A stretch of 64,000 nucleotides of DNA. It comes from Oculina patagonica (taxonomy: Eukaryota). The notes beneath the pieces were generated by a model that was given only the letters and a program-made list of their open reading frames with translations, was not told the origin of the DNA and made no database searches. The number at the start of each line of letters is the position of its first letter. Position 1 is the stretch's first letter. Shown here piece by piece: positions 50,651 to 62,984 of this stretch. The translations under genes were made by a program, and so were the position numbers. The stretch is from positions 12,710,001 to 12,774,000 of the forward strand of contig NC_135770.1 in assembly GCF_052425735.1 (NCBI RefSeq), read 5' to 3'.

Positions 50651-52349
50651 AAACTAAAATAGACAAAATTTCCGAAGATTTCTTTTTCTTGAAGACGCCA
50701 TGATAACTTTCTGTGTTTATTCATCACAAGACGTTTCATCCCATGATTCCATGCGACTTAGCACTCTGCCCAAGTCTTTCTCGACGTCGACATTCAAGAG
50801 TCTGGATCGGGAAAACTGCGTGATGCGCGTGATGCGATTTTCGCGGTTTTCAAAAAATCGCGAAATTAAAGACCCGCGAAAATTAATTTTAAGCGCTTTC
50901 TATTGTATTTTTATGCTAATTAGGTATTTTTGACCAAATCGCGAAAATTAAGTCTCGCGAAATATTCCCGTTCCATTTTCGCGAAATTAAGTTCCCGCGA
51001 AAATAAATAACAATAAGCATAAGGTATATTTTTCTGTGATCTTTATATCGCCACCCCCACTCTGTTTTCACTCCTCGAATTCCCTCAGTCCTCCTTCTAA
51101 CCCCTTCCCCTTTTACGCTTGCTACGCAGGTTAATCTTATCGAGAATTAAAGTGTGCCCTGTCTCAGACCAAAACAGGTCATATACAGGTAACCTGCGAT
51201 CAGGCGTTTTTTTCCCTTGCAAAGTGGTAAGTAGGGAGGGAGGGCATGATCTCAGGTTAATATACAGGCGAACGCCATACCCTTAGCTTTGGGGAGAAAA
51301 TCCTCGATAAATTTTAACAAAAGATAACAAACCCCTACCTCTAGCAGTCGGATTGAAAGTATAAAGTGAGAGAGGGTCGAAATTGCTCCAGGCTTTTTGC
51401 CAAAAACATAATTAAAAAATTAAATTGTATAAATATAAAGCTGGTTCACTGAGTTAAAGATTGGCAAGGGCAAACGTGAAATTTGAAATAAGCGCTCCGA
51501 TCTGGGGGCTTAGTCAAGGAAATACGGTATTCCATTTTCATTTCATACACTCCCTGTGATGTTGCTTGATCGGGCTTTGTTTCCTTATCCTAGCCTACAT
51601 AAGATTCAGCACGTCTCGTAAGTTCGTCTCCGTGGTTATAAGGAAGCGGCATTGCTTTACCATTACACGTATGCCACTTCGACTTCCTTATTTTCAGTTT
51701 CTAAAATATTAAAATGACAACATGAGTGAACCCACGCTAAACTCGATACCGTTCTGGCAACAGTCAGTACTTTCCGTTTGGATTGTGTGAAAACAATGCA
51801 ATGCTCAGTATGTTTTCGAAAGTTGTTCGTATTTTCGGTTTGTGGTCGTGCATTCCCGATCGAATTGGGATTTGGAAGTGTTGATTTTTGAGGAGGGAGG
51901 TAAACGGACAACCAAGAAAAACGCACAGAGCAAGGACGAAAACCAACAACAAACTCAACCCACATGAAGGCTACATAACATGACACCCGTCACATGGCCC
52001 AGATTCCAACCCGGTCCACATTGGTAGGAGCTAGAGAGTACTCTAACGGTGTCCGACATTTGCAGAATGTAGACTGCCCCATCTATGCTTCCCTACCCTT
52101 TACTGAAAATACGCTGACATGTAGCTGAATCTAGGAAAACAATTTACCCCCAGCACATCATAAGTAAATAACTTTACTTTTTTATTTAATAACAAGCAGT
52201 TTTTATCATTCAAAATAACTTCTGTACAAACTAGACTTCACTTATATTGACATTAAAAACACTATGCACAATACGTGTAAACTTCCATTTCCAAGAAAGT
52301 GTGCATTCTATAATACAGGTATGATTACAATGATTTCTACACTGATTTC

Positions 52350-55300
52350 TCAAGGTGGTAAAGGTATTCCTCTTGGGTCAGCTAAGGTTGGATCTTGTAA
52401 ATTCTTCATTAACTGGCTGAGCCATCGTTTGGTGGAAGCATCATCCTTTAAACAGTTTGAAAACGTGCCATCCTTCAGCTGGTCTGGAAGGCATTGTCGG
52501 AGAGCTTCACGGGCCCTGACAGGAAACAAGAGAACGGTGAGGAACCTACATGTAGCTTTTACTCACAACATAAACGTGTTTGTGTACATGTAGAAGAAAC
52601 CATTCTACATTTCTCTGACCAAAGAAGGTGGGTAGTACAGTATATCAACACAAGAGAATTTCGACACATTTTCAGACACCAAGGAAGACAGTTAAAAAAC
52701 CAAGCACAGCACAGTATTTTGATGAACTTTGAGGTGTTTGGAAAATGTGACAAAACAGCTCTTCCCAGTTGAAACTTAATTGGAGAAATAGAAATCGAAA
52801 AAAAAAAAAAACTAAGATAAATATGACAAGATTACTGATATCCAAACAACCGCCATGGAGATGAATTCCCTTGTTTTTAAAAGAAAAGGTTAATTGCGAA
52901 CAGTAAATTAATTCTACAGACACCAATATTTAATGTAGAAAGGAGCAGTTACACAATGATTGGCTTAAAGTCCTAGGGCTGTTGTGTTGTGATTAAGTGC
53001 CTCTTTCTGTCTTGGTAATGTAACCTTAAATAGCAATTCTAGGTATTCTGTGATTAGCTAATGTCACATCCAGAGGAAGTTTGTCCATATGACATTTCTA
53101 TTCACAAGTTAATAGGCAAGTGCCAAAAACTAATCTTTTTTACCTAGGATTGTCTGAGAGCCTAAGATAACACCGCACAACATGTTTCAGCAGCCTCGCT
53201 GACTGGTCCTTGGCTAAAGCTAACACCATTTTCCCCTAAAACCCAAATGAAATAATCAACTAATAATTAGTAATCGTACCTCACCTGCATGTATTAATTG
53301 ATCAAACAATTAAGAATCTTGGAAACAAGGTAACTAGAGTGTTAATGATCTTAATGCAATGATGTCCCCTGGAAATTTGCATTCCTTGCCAACCAGACTA
53401 TGCAAAGTCATAGGTGAAATAATTTTATTTTAGTATGTATGCATGCATGCCTGTTCTGCTACACACAACGGTGAGGCAATAATTATACACACCCTGAATG
53501 GTCAATAGGTACTGACTATGACAAGGAAATAATACACTTTTTTTAAAAAAAAGTAATATAAATAATATCTTGTATGTCTATGGTAATGATACAGCAACCC
53601 AGATGATAGAAAACCTCTTGATAAAGTTGTACTTGTATTCAGATCGTAAGGCACTTGTGTTTGTTACAATTTCATCCCAGAAGCCTCTTTTGTTTTGATC
53701 AGCACCAAAAACATGGACAAGTCAACTTGGACAGAGTGTGCATTCTTGGCGTAGACCAAAAGAAAAGTGAGCCCTGGGGACGAAATTGTGTTACTACATA
53801 GGACTGCTACACTCAGTGATCACCAAACTATTGCACTTACCAAGATCATAGCCACATGGGAAAACCTCTCATATGTTTGGCAGATGTAAGATAGACCTGT
53901 CTCGTCCAGGAGAATTTTTTGCAAGATAAATGTGGCTACCTGCAAACAGAGACAAGTACAAATGACTTGAAGCTGGGAAAGTCACTTTATTACAAAATAT
54001 GCCTAGGAGCGGGAAATTAATGTGTACAATAAGAAGTACAAAAGAAATCAACTCAAAATTCATTTTTTTGGGGGGGGGGGGGGGGGGGGGGGGAGGGGGC
54101 ATTTTCTCCCTAAAGATTGTGGAACACTCTTCATTGTAAAACGTTTGCAGTTGTACATGTGTAGCCTGTAGAAATTTTTAAATCACGACTAAATAACCTT
54201 TTTAATTTTCTTGGCTTTCATTAATTTTAAAAAATAATTAGTTTACAAGTAATAACTTTTATCTTAAAAGATCAAGTTTTAATTAAGTTTCACATAATTA
54301 CCGGTATGTCGTATCTAGGTGCACTTGAATATTTCATACAGAAAACATGCATGTGTAACAATTTTTTATTATCATTTATTAATTAATTTCTTAACAATAG
54401 TTATATCAGTAAGATTACATCTAAAAATGACTTACTGTTTTTGAGAGTTCACTACCAGATTCCATAATCCTTAAGCATAGAGGAATAATCTCTGTTGTGA
54501 GGAGGAAATTAATAACTTCTGCTTCATCAGTCTGGATAAGAAAAATAAATCTGTTAGCATAGACATCAATTGATCTGAAGAATAATCAATGGTAATTTTT
54601 GTAAACTTACCTTGACTAGAGCTCCTACAACTCCCAGACTTGTTAGTCTCAGATATTCAAATGGCCTTGTTTTACTCGTGGTGTGAAGAAATGGATAGAG
54701 GAACAGAGGAATGTGTGCTAAAAGAACAAATTGAAACAAATTATAGAGACAAACTTCATCAAGGCTTACCATTGGAGATTGGACATTGTTGGGTGTGTGT
54801 TTGTTTATAAAGTACATGTATGTAGTGGAATAGGTACTTACAATATTATTGAAATAAAAAGGATTGTAATGTTTGGAGGCAGGTTTCAGGGTATCTCTTT
54901 TATTGCTGTTTTTTATTAGATGCTCAGAAGTAGTCTCCTAGTCTTTTTCCCGTCAAAACTACATGTTTGTTATTTCATAAGTCATTTAGTCAAATGTTTA
55001 TTTTTATGCTTTATGAAATTTGTTCTATCTTAACAACAATTAAACTGCAAAAGTCAGTAATAAAAGCCCCTCGGGAACCTAGGTACATTTTAAAGTATTA
55101 CATACTTAGTACTAACAGGAAGGTAAAGGGTAAAAGTAACTTTTGCTGTCACAAATCCTAGACTGAGGGCAGAGGTTATTTTAAACTGTTACCTTGTAGA
55201 AATGCTGATCTAGTCTCAGGATGAGAAGCAACACACTGCAGAAGAGCCAGTGCATTGCACACACGATTTGATTGGTGAGCCTGAAAATAAAGCAGAGCAT

Positions 55301-58300
55301 TTCATTTACTGACAGTACTCTTAGTTGATTTGTATACGTAATTGGACTACATGCTGTCCCATTTGGAAATAATTTGATGAAAAAATTCCAGCGCAGCCAA
55401 AATTGGACGAGGCCGTAGGCCGAGTAATTTCTGTCAGAGGAATTTTTTGAATTTATTTCAAAATTAAACTATCGTTATATTAATTATATAGCTTGTAGTC
55501 AGTCAATCCAGCGTAAACAATGAACTTTTTTATATGTCCAGAACGGGAAAAACATTCAACAATAGTAGGAATAACACAGCCCATGCAACTCACTCAAAGT
55601 ATTGTCTTCACGAATAAAACTTAAACAAAACAGTGCAATTTTATTCACCTGAGTTTGCGAAGCTTGCTACAAAGTGAGTAAAAACACTGCATCAATCAAT
55701 TAAAGTCGTAAACAAAGTGTCCGAAGAGCTTTACAACTTTTAATCTGACATACTCCTTTCCACTATATCGTTCGTACTTCATCGCCGTCTTTTCTTTTCG
55801 AATTTCAGCAAAAAACGACAAAGAATTGCATCTAGCTCATGGCGATGAATATCTGACAGATTTCTTGCTTCGCTTCGCTGCACTTAGGTTCACCCAAGTT
55901 TTGTACTATTGGAGGTTTTTTTGCTCTTGGTTTTTGCTTCTTAGAATAGCTAGCTCCTCTTCTGACAACCTAGAAAATTTCTCTTTGCTGTTACTATTGC
56001 TGAAAAGCTCAAAAGAAATAGAAAAACGTAGCAAACTTGCCATATAAAATTCCGCCATTGTCGACTAAAACAGGACAAGTTTACAGGGCTGACGCTATGC
56101 TTTGTGCTAATAGCGTCGCGCACAAATGACGTCACCAAAATTGAGACCCCCCACTTGACTCAGACAAACTACAAGAGCGAATGAAGAAATTATGTCGCTG
56201 GCGAGCACTCGCTTCGGTCTTTGGCCGTTCTTACGCAAGATGATGGCGTTCCTGCCTCGAAATTTGAAAGTAAAGCAGAGAACTAACTGTGGATCAGTTA
56301 AAATGATGGCTGAAGTGCAGAGGGCTAAAATTAAGCGGAAAACGACAACCCTTCGTCACGACCTTAATTGTGAAACGTGTTACGGAATGTATAAAGGCTG
56401 GACTACTATCGAACCGTAAAAATCGTATTACTAAACACTAATCACGAACCTAGCGTCACATTAGAATTGACCGAAAATAGCTATTTTGATCGGCTTGAAA
56501 TAATTTTATCGGCAAAAATGTAGCTGAACGGTATAGCAGTCATTTGCATAATCACAGTTGTCAGCGTTTGTCACCCGAAAGATAACACATTCCCCGCAAA
56601 TAAATGCCACAAATTCATGAACCTTCTGTGAAGCTTTTATTCGATCTTAATAAACGTTCGCCATGTTAAAAAACAGACTTTTAATCCATTCGTTTGAAGA
56701 AAGCATGACAAACGTGACCATCGCGACCTTTATTAGCTTTTATTTACAACCTGGCGCGCCGGGCGGCCAAAAATAAATTCTTTCGCGACGCGACAAGTTT
56801 CGATTCAAAAGCAGGCATCACATTTATCCTTCGGGCAAACCTGGGTCGACTTATCAAGACTTATACCTGTTTTGCAATCAATGTTTATTTGCCCCATTCA
56901 ATATCTTTTGCAATATTTTTACCTCAGTACCGTTTCGCAAAGGAACCGTTTCGCAATTCGTACCGTAAGCCGAATGGAATGAAGACTTTCTTCCCCGATT
57001 CCTCCAGCTCTAAGAGCGATTTTGGCCAATGTTCAGGATACTTTGAGTCAGTTTTGCACTCATCATGACAGCAGTGCTTTGTACTAACCATTCTTGACCC
57101 TTTGAGAAAGCATACACTCCGATTTACCTAACTTTTCACATGTTTTCTTCACGTATTGACGCTCTCTCGCATACATTCGCTTATGGCCGACTGCAATGTT
57201 TGTCTGAGTCACGCGGGGGGTCTCATAAACCAAATCTATTTTTAGAATTTGTGCGCGACGCTATTGGCTAATATCTGTCATTCGATTTGATTGGCTGAGA
57301 CGAAACTGTCCAATTTTTCTTAAATTGGACAGATTGTGAATTTTACCTGAAAGTCCTAATTGAAACTATCCAAATTTAATCCCAAATTGGACAGTTCCCA
57401 GAAATTAAGGAAAAATAGCTGCGCTGACAATATAGGATTTACTGACGGCTATATAATTAATGTAAAAAAAGGTTTCTTATGAAACAAAATTGTATAATGT
57501 TCTCTTCAGATGGAATACATTTCATACAGACGAAACATGAGGTTATGTTATGAAGAAAACAAGTACCGGTAATTACTTTGTCACACAAGTTTTATCCTTA
57601 CAACATTTTTTTTTTTCAAAATCTAAATTGATCATATAAACGTAAAGACTGCCATGCAATGTACCAAGACTCCTCTTAAACATACATGTACATGTTGCAG
57701 TTAATTTTTGATCTCAGTTAATTATTTATTTTAACTAGTTAGTTTTTTCTAACTAGTTGATTTTTTTTAACTAGTTAAATAATGGGGTTAGGGTAAGGGT
57801 ATCATATATTAGTGGTTCACCCAACGTTTCCTACGTGGCAAAGTGGATAAGGGGTTGGACAGCAAATCCAGAGGTTGAGAGTTCAAATCCAGTGCAGGTT
57901 AGTAAAAAAATAAAAATAAAATAAATGATAGTACTTAGGGGAGGGGGATAATAGCAGATAGTAGGGAAGGGTTAGTAAGGATGGGGGGGGAGGGTATGAG
58001 ATATCAAGGGAGGGGAGGTGTTCTACTTTTTCTACTTATTAACCTGGAATAAAAAAAAACTAGTTAGAAAAAAAAAACTAACTAGTTAGAAAAAAATCAA
58101 CTAGTTAAACTAAAAAATTAACTGAGATCAAAAATTAACTGCAACATACATACCAACCTTACTCTGATCATTCTACAGCTGTAAAATAATGTATATTTTT
58201 TTGACAACATAAACAACTTACCGTAAGATTGGGAGGGTTTATTACTGGATAGATATTAACTATTTCTTGTAGCAATGCTGCAATGGTTCCTGCGAAACAA

Positions 58301-59294
58301 AAACACCACAATAATTTAAGAGAGAACCTGTTTAACGTGGATGAATGGAATTTAGGATAAATTAAATGCAAAACAATGCTTGTCAGCAGTCTCCCTCAGG
58401 GTTGGTGTGCACACTGGTAGTGGGGTTGTGTGCAGGGGCCCTGTGTGTGTTAACAGCTTGGCTTCGGATGTCAATTCATTCTGCATGTGTTTCGTTACTA
58501 GACTCTATCAATTTACTGGTCCACCCCTCTCTCTTTTTCAGGGTAAGTATGTTGTAAGTATCCTTGTTTCCACTGTTTTTCAGTGTGACGGTGCCCCTAC
58601 GCACTTGGCTCAGATTCCTTGTTGCTCCACCATCCTTTCCAGGCACTATTCCCCAAGCTCATCTATAATATTATTGTTGTTTAGGGGGAGCAGGGATGGC
58701 ATGGTAGTGAGAGCGCTCGCCTCCCACCAATGTGGCCCAGGTTCAATTCCCAGACCCGACTTCATATGTGGGTTGAGTTTGTTGTTGGTTCTTGTCCTTG
58801 CTCCAAGGGTTTTTCTACTGGTTCTTCGGTTTTCCTTCCTCCATAAAAATCAACACTTCTAAATTCCAATTCAATCGGGATCCGAGGGCCACAGGTTTGT
58901 TAGTCGCAAGACTATTACGTGCTACTCTCGTAAAATATAGACAATTTATTTATTTATTTAACATGTAGTTACAGTACATGTTTAATTTTACACATTAAAA
59001 ACAATCATCTACCAAGAAGGTCCAAACAATTATTTAAGCTTACCAAATGAATGCCACAGCATGGGTGCCAAGTCAGGAACAACTTCCCTTTTTTTGCTAT
59101 AACAAAAGGAAGATAAAATCAACCTGGTTTAAAATAATTTGCACTAAACAAAATAATATAACAACAACAATAATGTAACGACAGTAAGAGTGATAGGCAG
59201 GCAGCTTCACATACCTGAGTTCCAGGAGAGCATGTTCTCTTGTGTCAGGGCTGGATAGCTCAAGCACCCAGGTGTAGATTTTCTCTCTTTCCAT
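52350..59294 (-). CDS. CNOT9: CCR4-NOT complex subunit 9 (Rcd1/Caf40)
   Basis: Exons 59294-59215, 59096-59044, 58289-58222, 55280-55193, 54717-54611, 54531-54436, 53939-53841, 53235-53144, 52515-52350. [56 protein letters not shown]. The start could extend upstream; a probable non-coding first exon ends at 60629. Confidence 0.95.
55335..57460. repeat. ~2.1-kb non-coding interspersed element in a CNOT9 intron
   Basis: Terminal GGCCGTAGGCC-centred imperfect palindrome at the left; repeated AATTGGACAG/CTGTCCAATT and GATTGGCT motifs at the right; CpG-rich relative to flanks. Confidence 0.45.
57693..58146. mobile_element. MITE with TGTTGCAGTTAATTTTTGATCTCAGTTAA TIRs carrying an internal tRNA-like segment
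   Basis: Perfect 29-bp inverted termini, AACTAGTT subrepeats, tRNA-like stretch at 57830-57898. Confidence 0.8.
58684..58960 (+). mobile_element. tRNA-derived SINE with (TTTA)n tail
   Basis: GGGAGCAGGGATGGC..GTAGTGAGAGCGCTCGCC..GGTTCAATTCC head and ATTT-repeat tail; related fragments on - at ~51860-52050 and ~59530-60120. Confidence 0.75.
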
Positions 59295-60628
59295 TTCAGA
59301 CAAGTTTGATGACTGGGTAGGGTGGGTATGGGGAGGAAATCCTCTCTGTGGGATGTAAAAATAAAACGTTTTTTTTTTTTCCCGTCCATTTACAGTGTGA
59401 AAGAGCAGTTGTACATGAGCTTAAGTTTTCAACTCACTGCCTGACATGCAATCATTTATGACATAAATTGGCAAGCAGCTTCAAGACTTACGAATCTGTT
59501 ATAAAGTGTACATACACAACTGTACAAGATCAAATTGGAATTTGGAGTGTTGGTTTCTGTGGAAAGGAGAAACTAGAGAAAACCCCTCAGAACAAGGATG
59601 AGAACCAACAAAAAACTTAACCCACATACACTGTATAGGGGTGGCTAGTGGTCATTCATAAAAATAATGCGCATCTCACAGAATTTTAGACAATATTTCA
59701 GGGGTCTTGCGGTCTCAATTTTTTCTGGCCTGCCTTTTCAGAGTCTGGACTTCCTTTGCAAGGGTTACAGAAAGGCTGTTTTTCACATCAGAAAAAATTG
59801 GGTACAGAGCGTTACAAAATCTGTCTGGACCCAATCACGTTTGTAGAGAAACAGTCAAGTTGTAGCAGGGGACTGTTTTTCTACAAAAGTAGTTGGGTCC
59901 AGACCAATTTTTTGACGGGTCTGTACCAAATTTTCTCTGTAGTGTAAACGTGCTTAAGTATCAGGCTTGCGGAAAAGATATTAGTCTTGCCATCTCGCCA
60001 AGTCTCAAATTTACCATTCAACATCCCTACGTATGATGCTAGGTCCAGAATTGGAACCAGGTTCACACTGGTGGGAGTTCTACGCGAGCACTCTCACCAC
60101 TGCACCTTATATCCCTACTCCTCTGTATACTGGCCAACAAATAGTCATTCAGAAAGGAGAATTTACTGCCCTAATCAGTAATTACTAATTGATCGAATTT
60201 AAAGTGTCGACACATTTCACATGATCAAAAAATATTAATGTTCAACAGAATGCAGCTTCGCTTGTTCGCAAATGTTTAAAGTCTTGCTGCAAACTACAGC
60301 AAGTTAAAAAACCAAAACAGCTTAAGACACACAAAAAACAAACTTATACATGAAGACAAGTGAAGTAAATATAAAGAAGCTTTGTCATATCCAACAAAAG
60401 AAATATGGCTGTTGAGTGCTTTATCTTACCACACTAGACCTACTTCAATTTACAGCTTAGAAAGTTTAAATTACAAATGCCTTTCTGCGTTAGAAGGCAT
60501 TCAAACGTATACTAGCCTGTTGTCCAAGCTGATGCATCATATTTCTTGACTCCTAAACAATTCTGTGTGCGTTTTTCAAAACACACCTTCTTTCACAAAA
60601 CAGCAAACATGGCTGCCCAAACTAATAC

Positions 60629-60785
60629 CTGAGCCCGTGATTGTGTAGTCCAGAGGTGAACTTCCGGTTGCGAGTACTGGGTACTAGTTAGCCACGAAGA
60701 CAAGACACGATTGATTTTAGAGAAAAATATGGGGTGAAGTTTCTTCTTTTTCTGATCTACAATTCGCTTATTTGCTCATTATAAA
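60629..60785. promoter_or_regulatory. Bidirectional promoter CNOT9/SCYL1
   Basis: Putative CNOT9 first-exon donor (CAG|GTATTA on -) lies ~157 bp from the SCYL1 ATG; ETS-type ACTTCCGG at 60660. Confidence 0.5.
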
Positions 60786-61066
60786 ATGCAGGGTTTATGG
60801 AGCTTAATAGGGAAGATTGGAACTGGTGCTGAAAAGAATTTTCCCTATGAAATCGGTGATAAAGTAGGGAATCTGGAAGACAAGTCTGTATGGACATTAC
60901 ATGAGGGAAAAAAGAAAGTAAGTTAGGCTCGCTTTAAATTTCGAATATCTTACTAAGTATACCTGGAAATTCACAAATAATAATCTGTTATATTGTTTAT
61001 GTTAAGGGCACTGGAGAAACTGTGTCAGTGTTTGTTCACGATGTCAAGTCATCTTCTGAGGAAAAG
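60786..61066 (+). CDS. SCYL1: SCY1-like pseudokinase 1, first two exons; continues beyond the window
   Basis: Exons 60786-60917 (MQGLWSLIGK..NFPYEIG..SVWTLHEGKKK) and 61007-61066 (GTGETVSVFVHDVKSSSEEK) resemble the SCYL1 N-terminus (FPFE..[23 protein letters not shown]). Confidence 0.8.
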
Positions 61067-61710
61067 GTATTATGACATACATGTACCTGTATTTTACAAA
61101 TTTGATCAATATTCACATGTTTAATGACAATTTTGATCATGTTTTATATATACTATGGGTAACAAGTCTCGTCCGATATGTTGATCAATACCGTCAAATT
61201 CTGGTTATAAGCCCCTCCCCCTCCCCCCTTCCTGGAAACAAAAAAACTTCATCTTTTGGTTATAGCCACCCCCCCCCCCCCTCCGGGTACAAGCCCCCCT
61301 CTTCTAGATGACAGTAATGAACAGGAATAAATGTTGATTTATCGTGACTTTTTAACTTAGAAACGTATTTCTATCAACATTGCCCTGGCTCACTTTGAAA
61401 TGTTTTTTATTTCTATTCTGCTTATATGCCCTCCCGGATATAAGTCCCTCCATTTATAAGCCCACCCAAAACCCCTTTCAAAGCTATATCAGTAAGCTTA
61501 GGGCTTAAAACCAAAATTTTACGGTATATCGGTCAACAGTTGATTGACATGACAACAGATAGTCGTCCAGCAGTCGGTCAACACTTGGTCAATAGTCAGT
61601 CAATATAAATTATATCTGTCAATTATTGGCCTAATGTGTAGTTCCAGAAAATATCCATACTCCCCCCCACAGAAGAGATTGGAAATTTCCTGGGGGGTGA
61701 GGGGTCTTAA

Positions 61711-62205
61711 AGGAGAAGTTCACCCAGAATCCATTTATTTTCTTGACGCCAATAAAAAGTTTATACAAAGATATTTATTTACCAAAATTCAGCCTCCAAC
61801 GTGCGCTATAACCCTACAAAATCTTTCCCAAAACTCGACACTGAACGCCGCCATCTTGGAGCTGGTAATGTATGCGTGACGTCAAGAGCTCAGCCTGAAG
61901 TTTGACGGGATATTTAAAATACTCGAAACTCTTTGTTTCTTCGTAGTGGTTTGTTTGTCAAAATGCCTGTTTGTGCATCTCCATTTTGCTCAAACAGAGC
62001 TCCAAGAAATACATAAAACAAGGAGTTTCGACTATTAAAATTTTCCCGCCAAACTTCAGGCTGGCCTGACGTCCGCCACCAGCCCAGATGGGATTTTGGG
62101 AAGGCGTAGAGTTAAAGCGCACGTTGAGGCTTTTAAATAAAATTTTGTATAAACGTTTTATTGGAATAAAGAAAATAAATGGTCATTCTGGAGTGAACTT
62201 CTTCT
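61711..62205. mobile_element. Kolobok-like MITE with TTAA TSD, nested in another MITE (~61635-62325)
   Basis: TTAA|AGGAGAAGTTCAC.CCAGAAT ... ATTCTGGAGTGAACTTCTTCT|TTAA; the host has GAAAATATCCATAC / GTATGGATATTTT termini. Confidence 0.75.
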
Positions 62206-62984
62206 TTAAAGACCAAAAATTTTAAAGAAATATATGAAAATAAACAGGAATTTCCAGAGGGGTGGGGTGTGCTTTTAAAAAATCCCTTCCATGGGGGAGG
62301 TATGGATATTTTATGAAACTATACAATGTCAGTGGACTATAGGACCGACTGTTGACCAACTTCTGACTATCGACTGACTCTTGACCAACTATTGAGAGTT
62401 GGCAGATGGCCGATAGTTGGTTGACACTCTGCCAATAATCGACTAAGTGTTGGTCGACTGTCAGCAGACTATTGACTGACACGTCACCTGACAGTTGGCT
62501 GACTATTGACTGATGTGTCGCCGACAGTTGGAAAACTATAGATAAATCTGTCAGCTGGCAGTTGGCCGACTATTGAATGATGTGTTGGTTGACTGTCAGC
62601 GGATTATTGGCTGATATACTGAGTAACATATCAGGCAAGATTACCTTTAGTAAACAATGCAATTTTTAGGTCAAATTAGTGTTCCAGAAAATATCCATAT
62701 CCTTCACACCTCTCCAGAAATTGCAGTTACACTGTAAACTCCATACTTTCCTTTAAAAATGTGTTTTTTTTAGACCCCCGCCACCTTGGAATTTTCAAAT
62801 GATCTTCCATTGGGTGGGTATGGATATTTTCTGGAACTGCTCATTAGACAGTAATTGACTAGTGAAAGAATTGTAATGAGTAATTGGTTTTTAAAGTCCA
62901 TCATTTTAAACCATTGTGATTTGTTGGGCCTTGCTGTGACACATGTAAGTGAACATAGCTTGGTACAACACGCTGGCCTGTTGT

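Noticed and set aside
58378-58670. RNase P/MRP or telomerase RNA on the minus strand (GGAATCTGAG, CCCTGAGGG..ACA)
   Set aside because: No CR-V partner for helix P4 and no CTAACCCT template; kept only as an unassigned structured candidate.
61530-62620. CRISPR-like spaced repeats (GTCGGTCAAC/GTTGACTGAC motifs; also 43430-43590)
   Set aside because: Degenerate eukaryotic satellite-like repeat with no constant repeat/spacer period and no cas genes.
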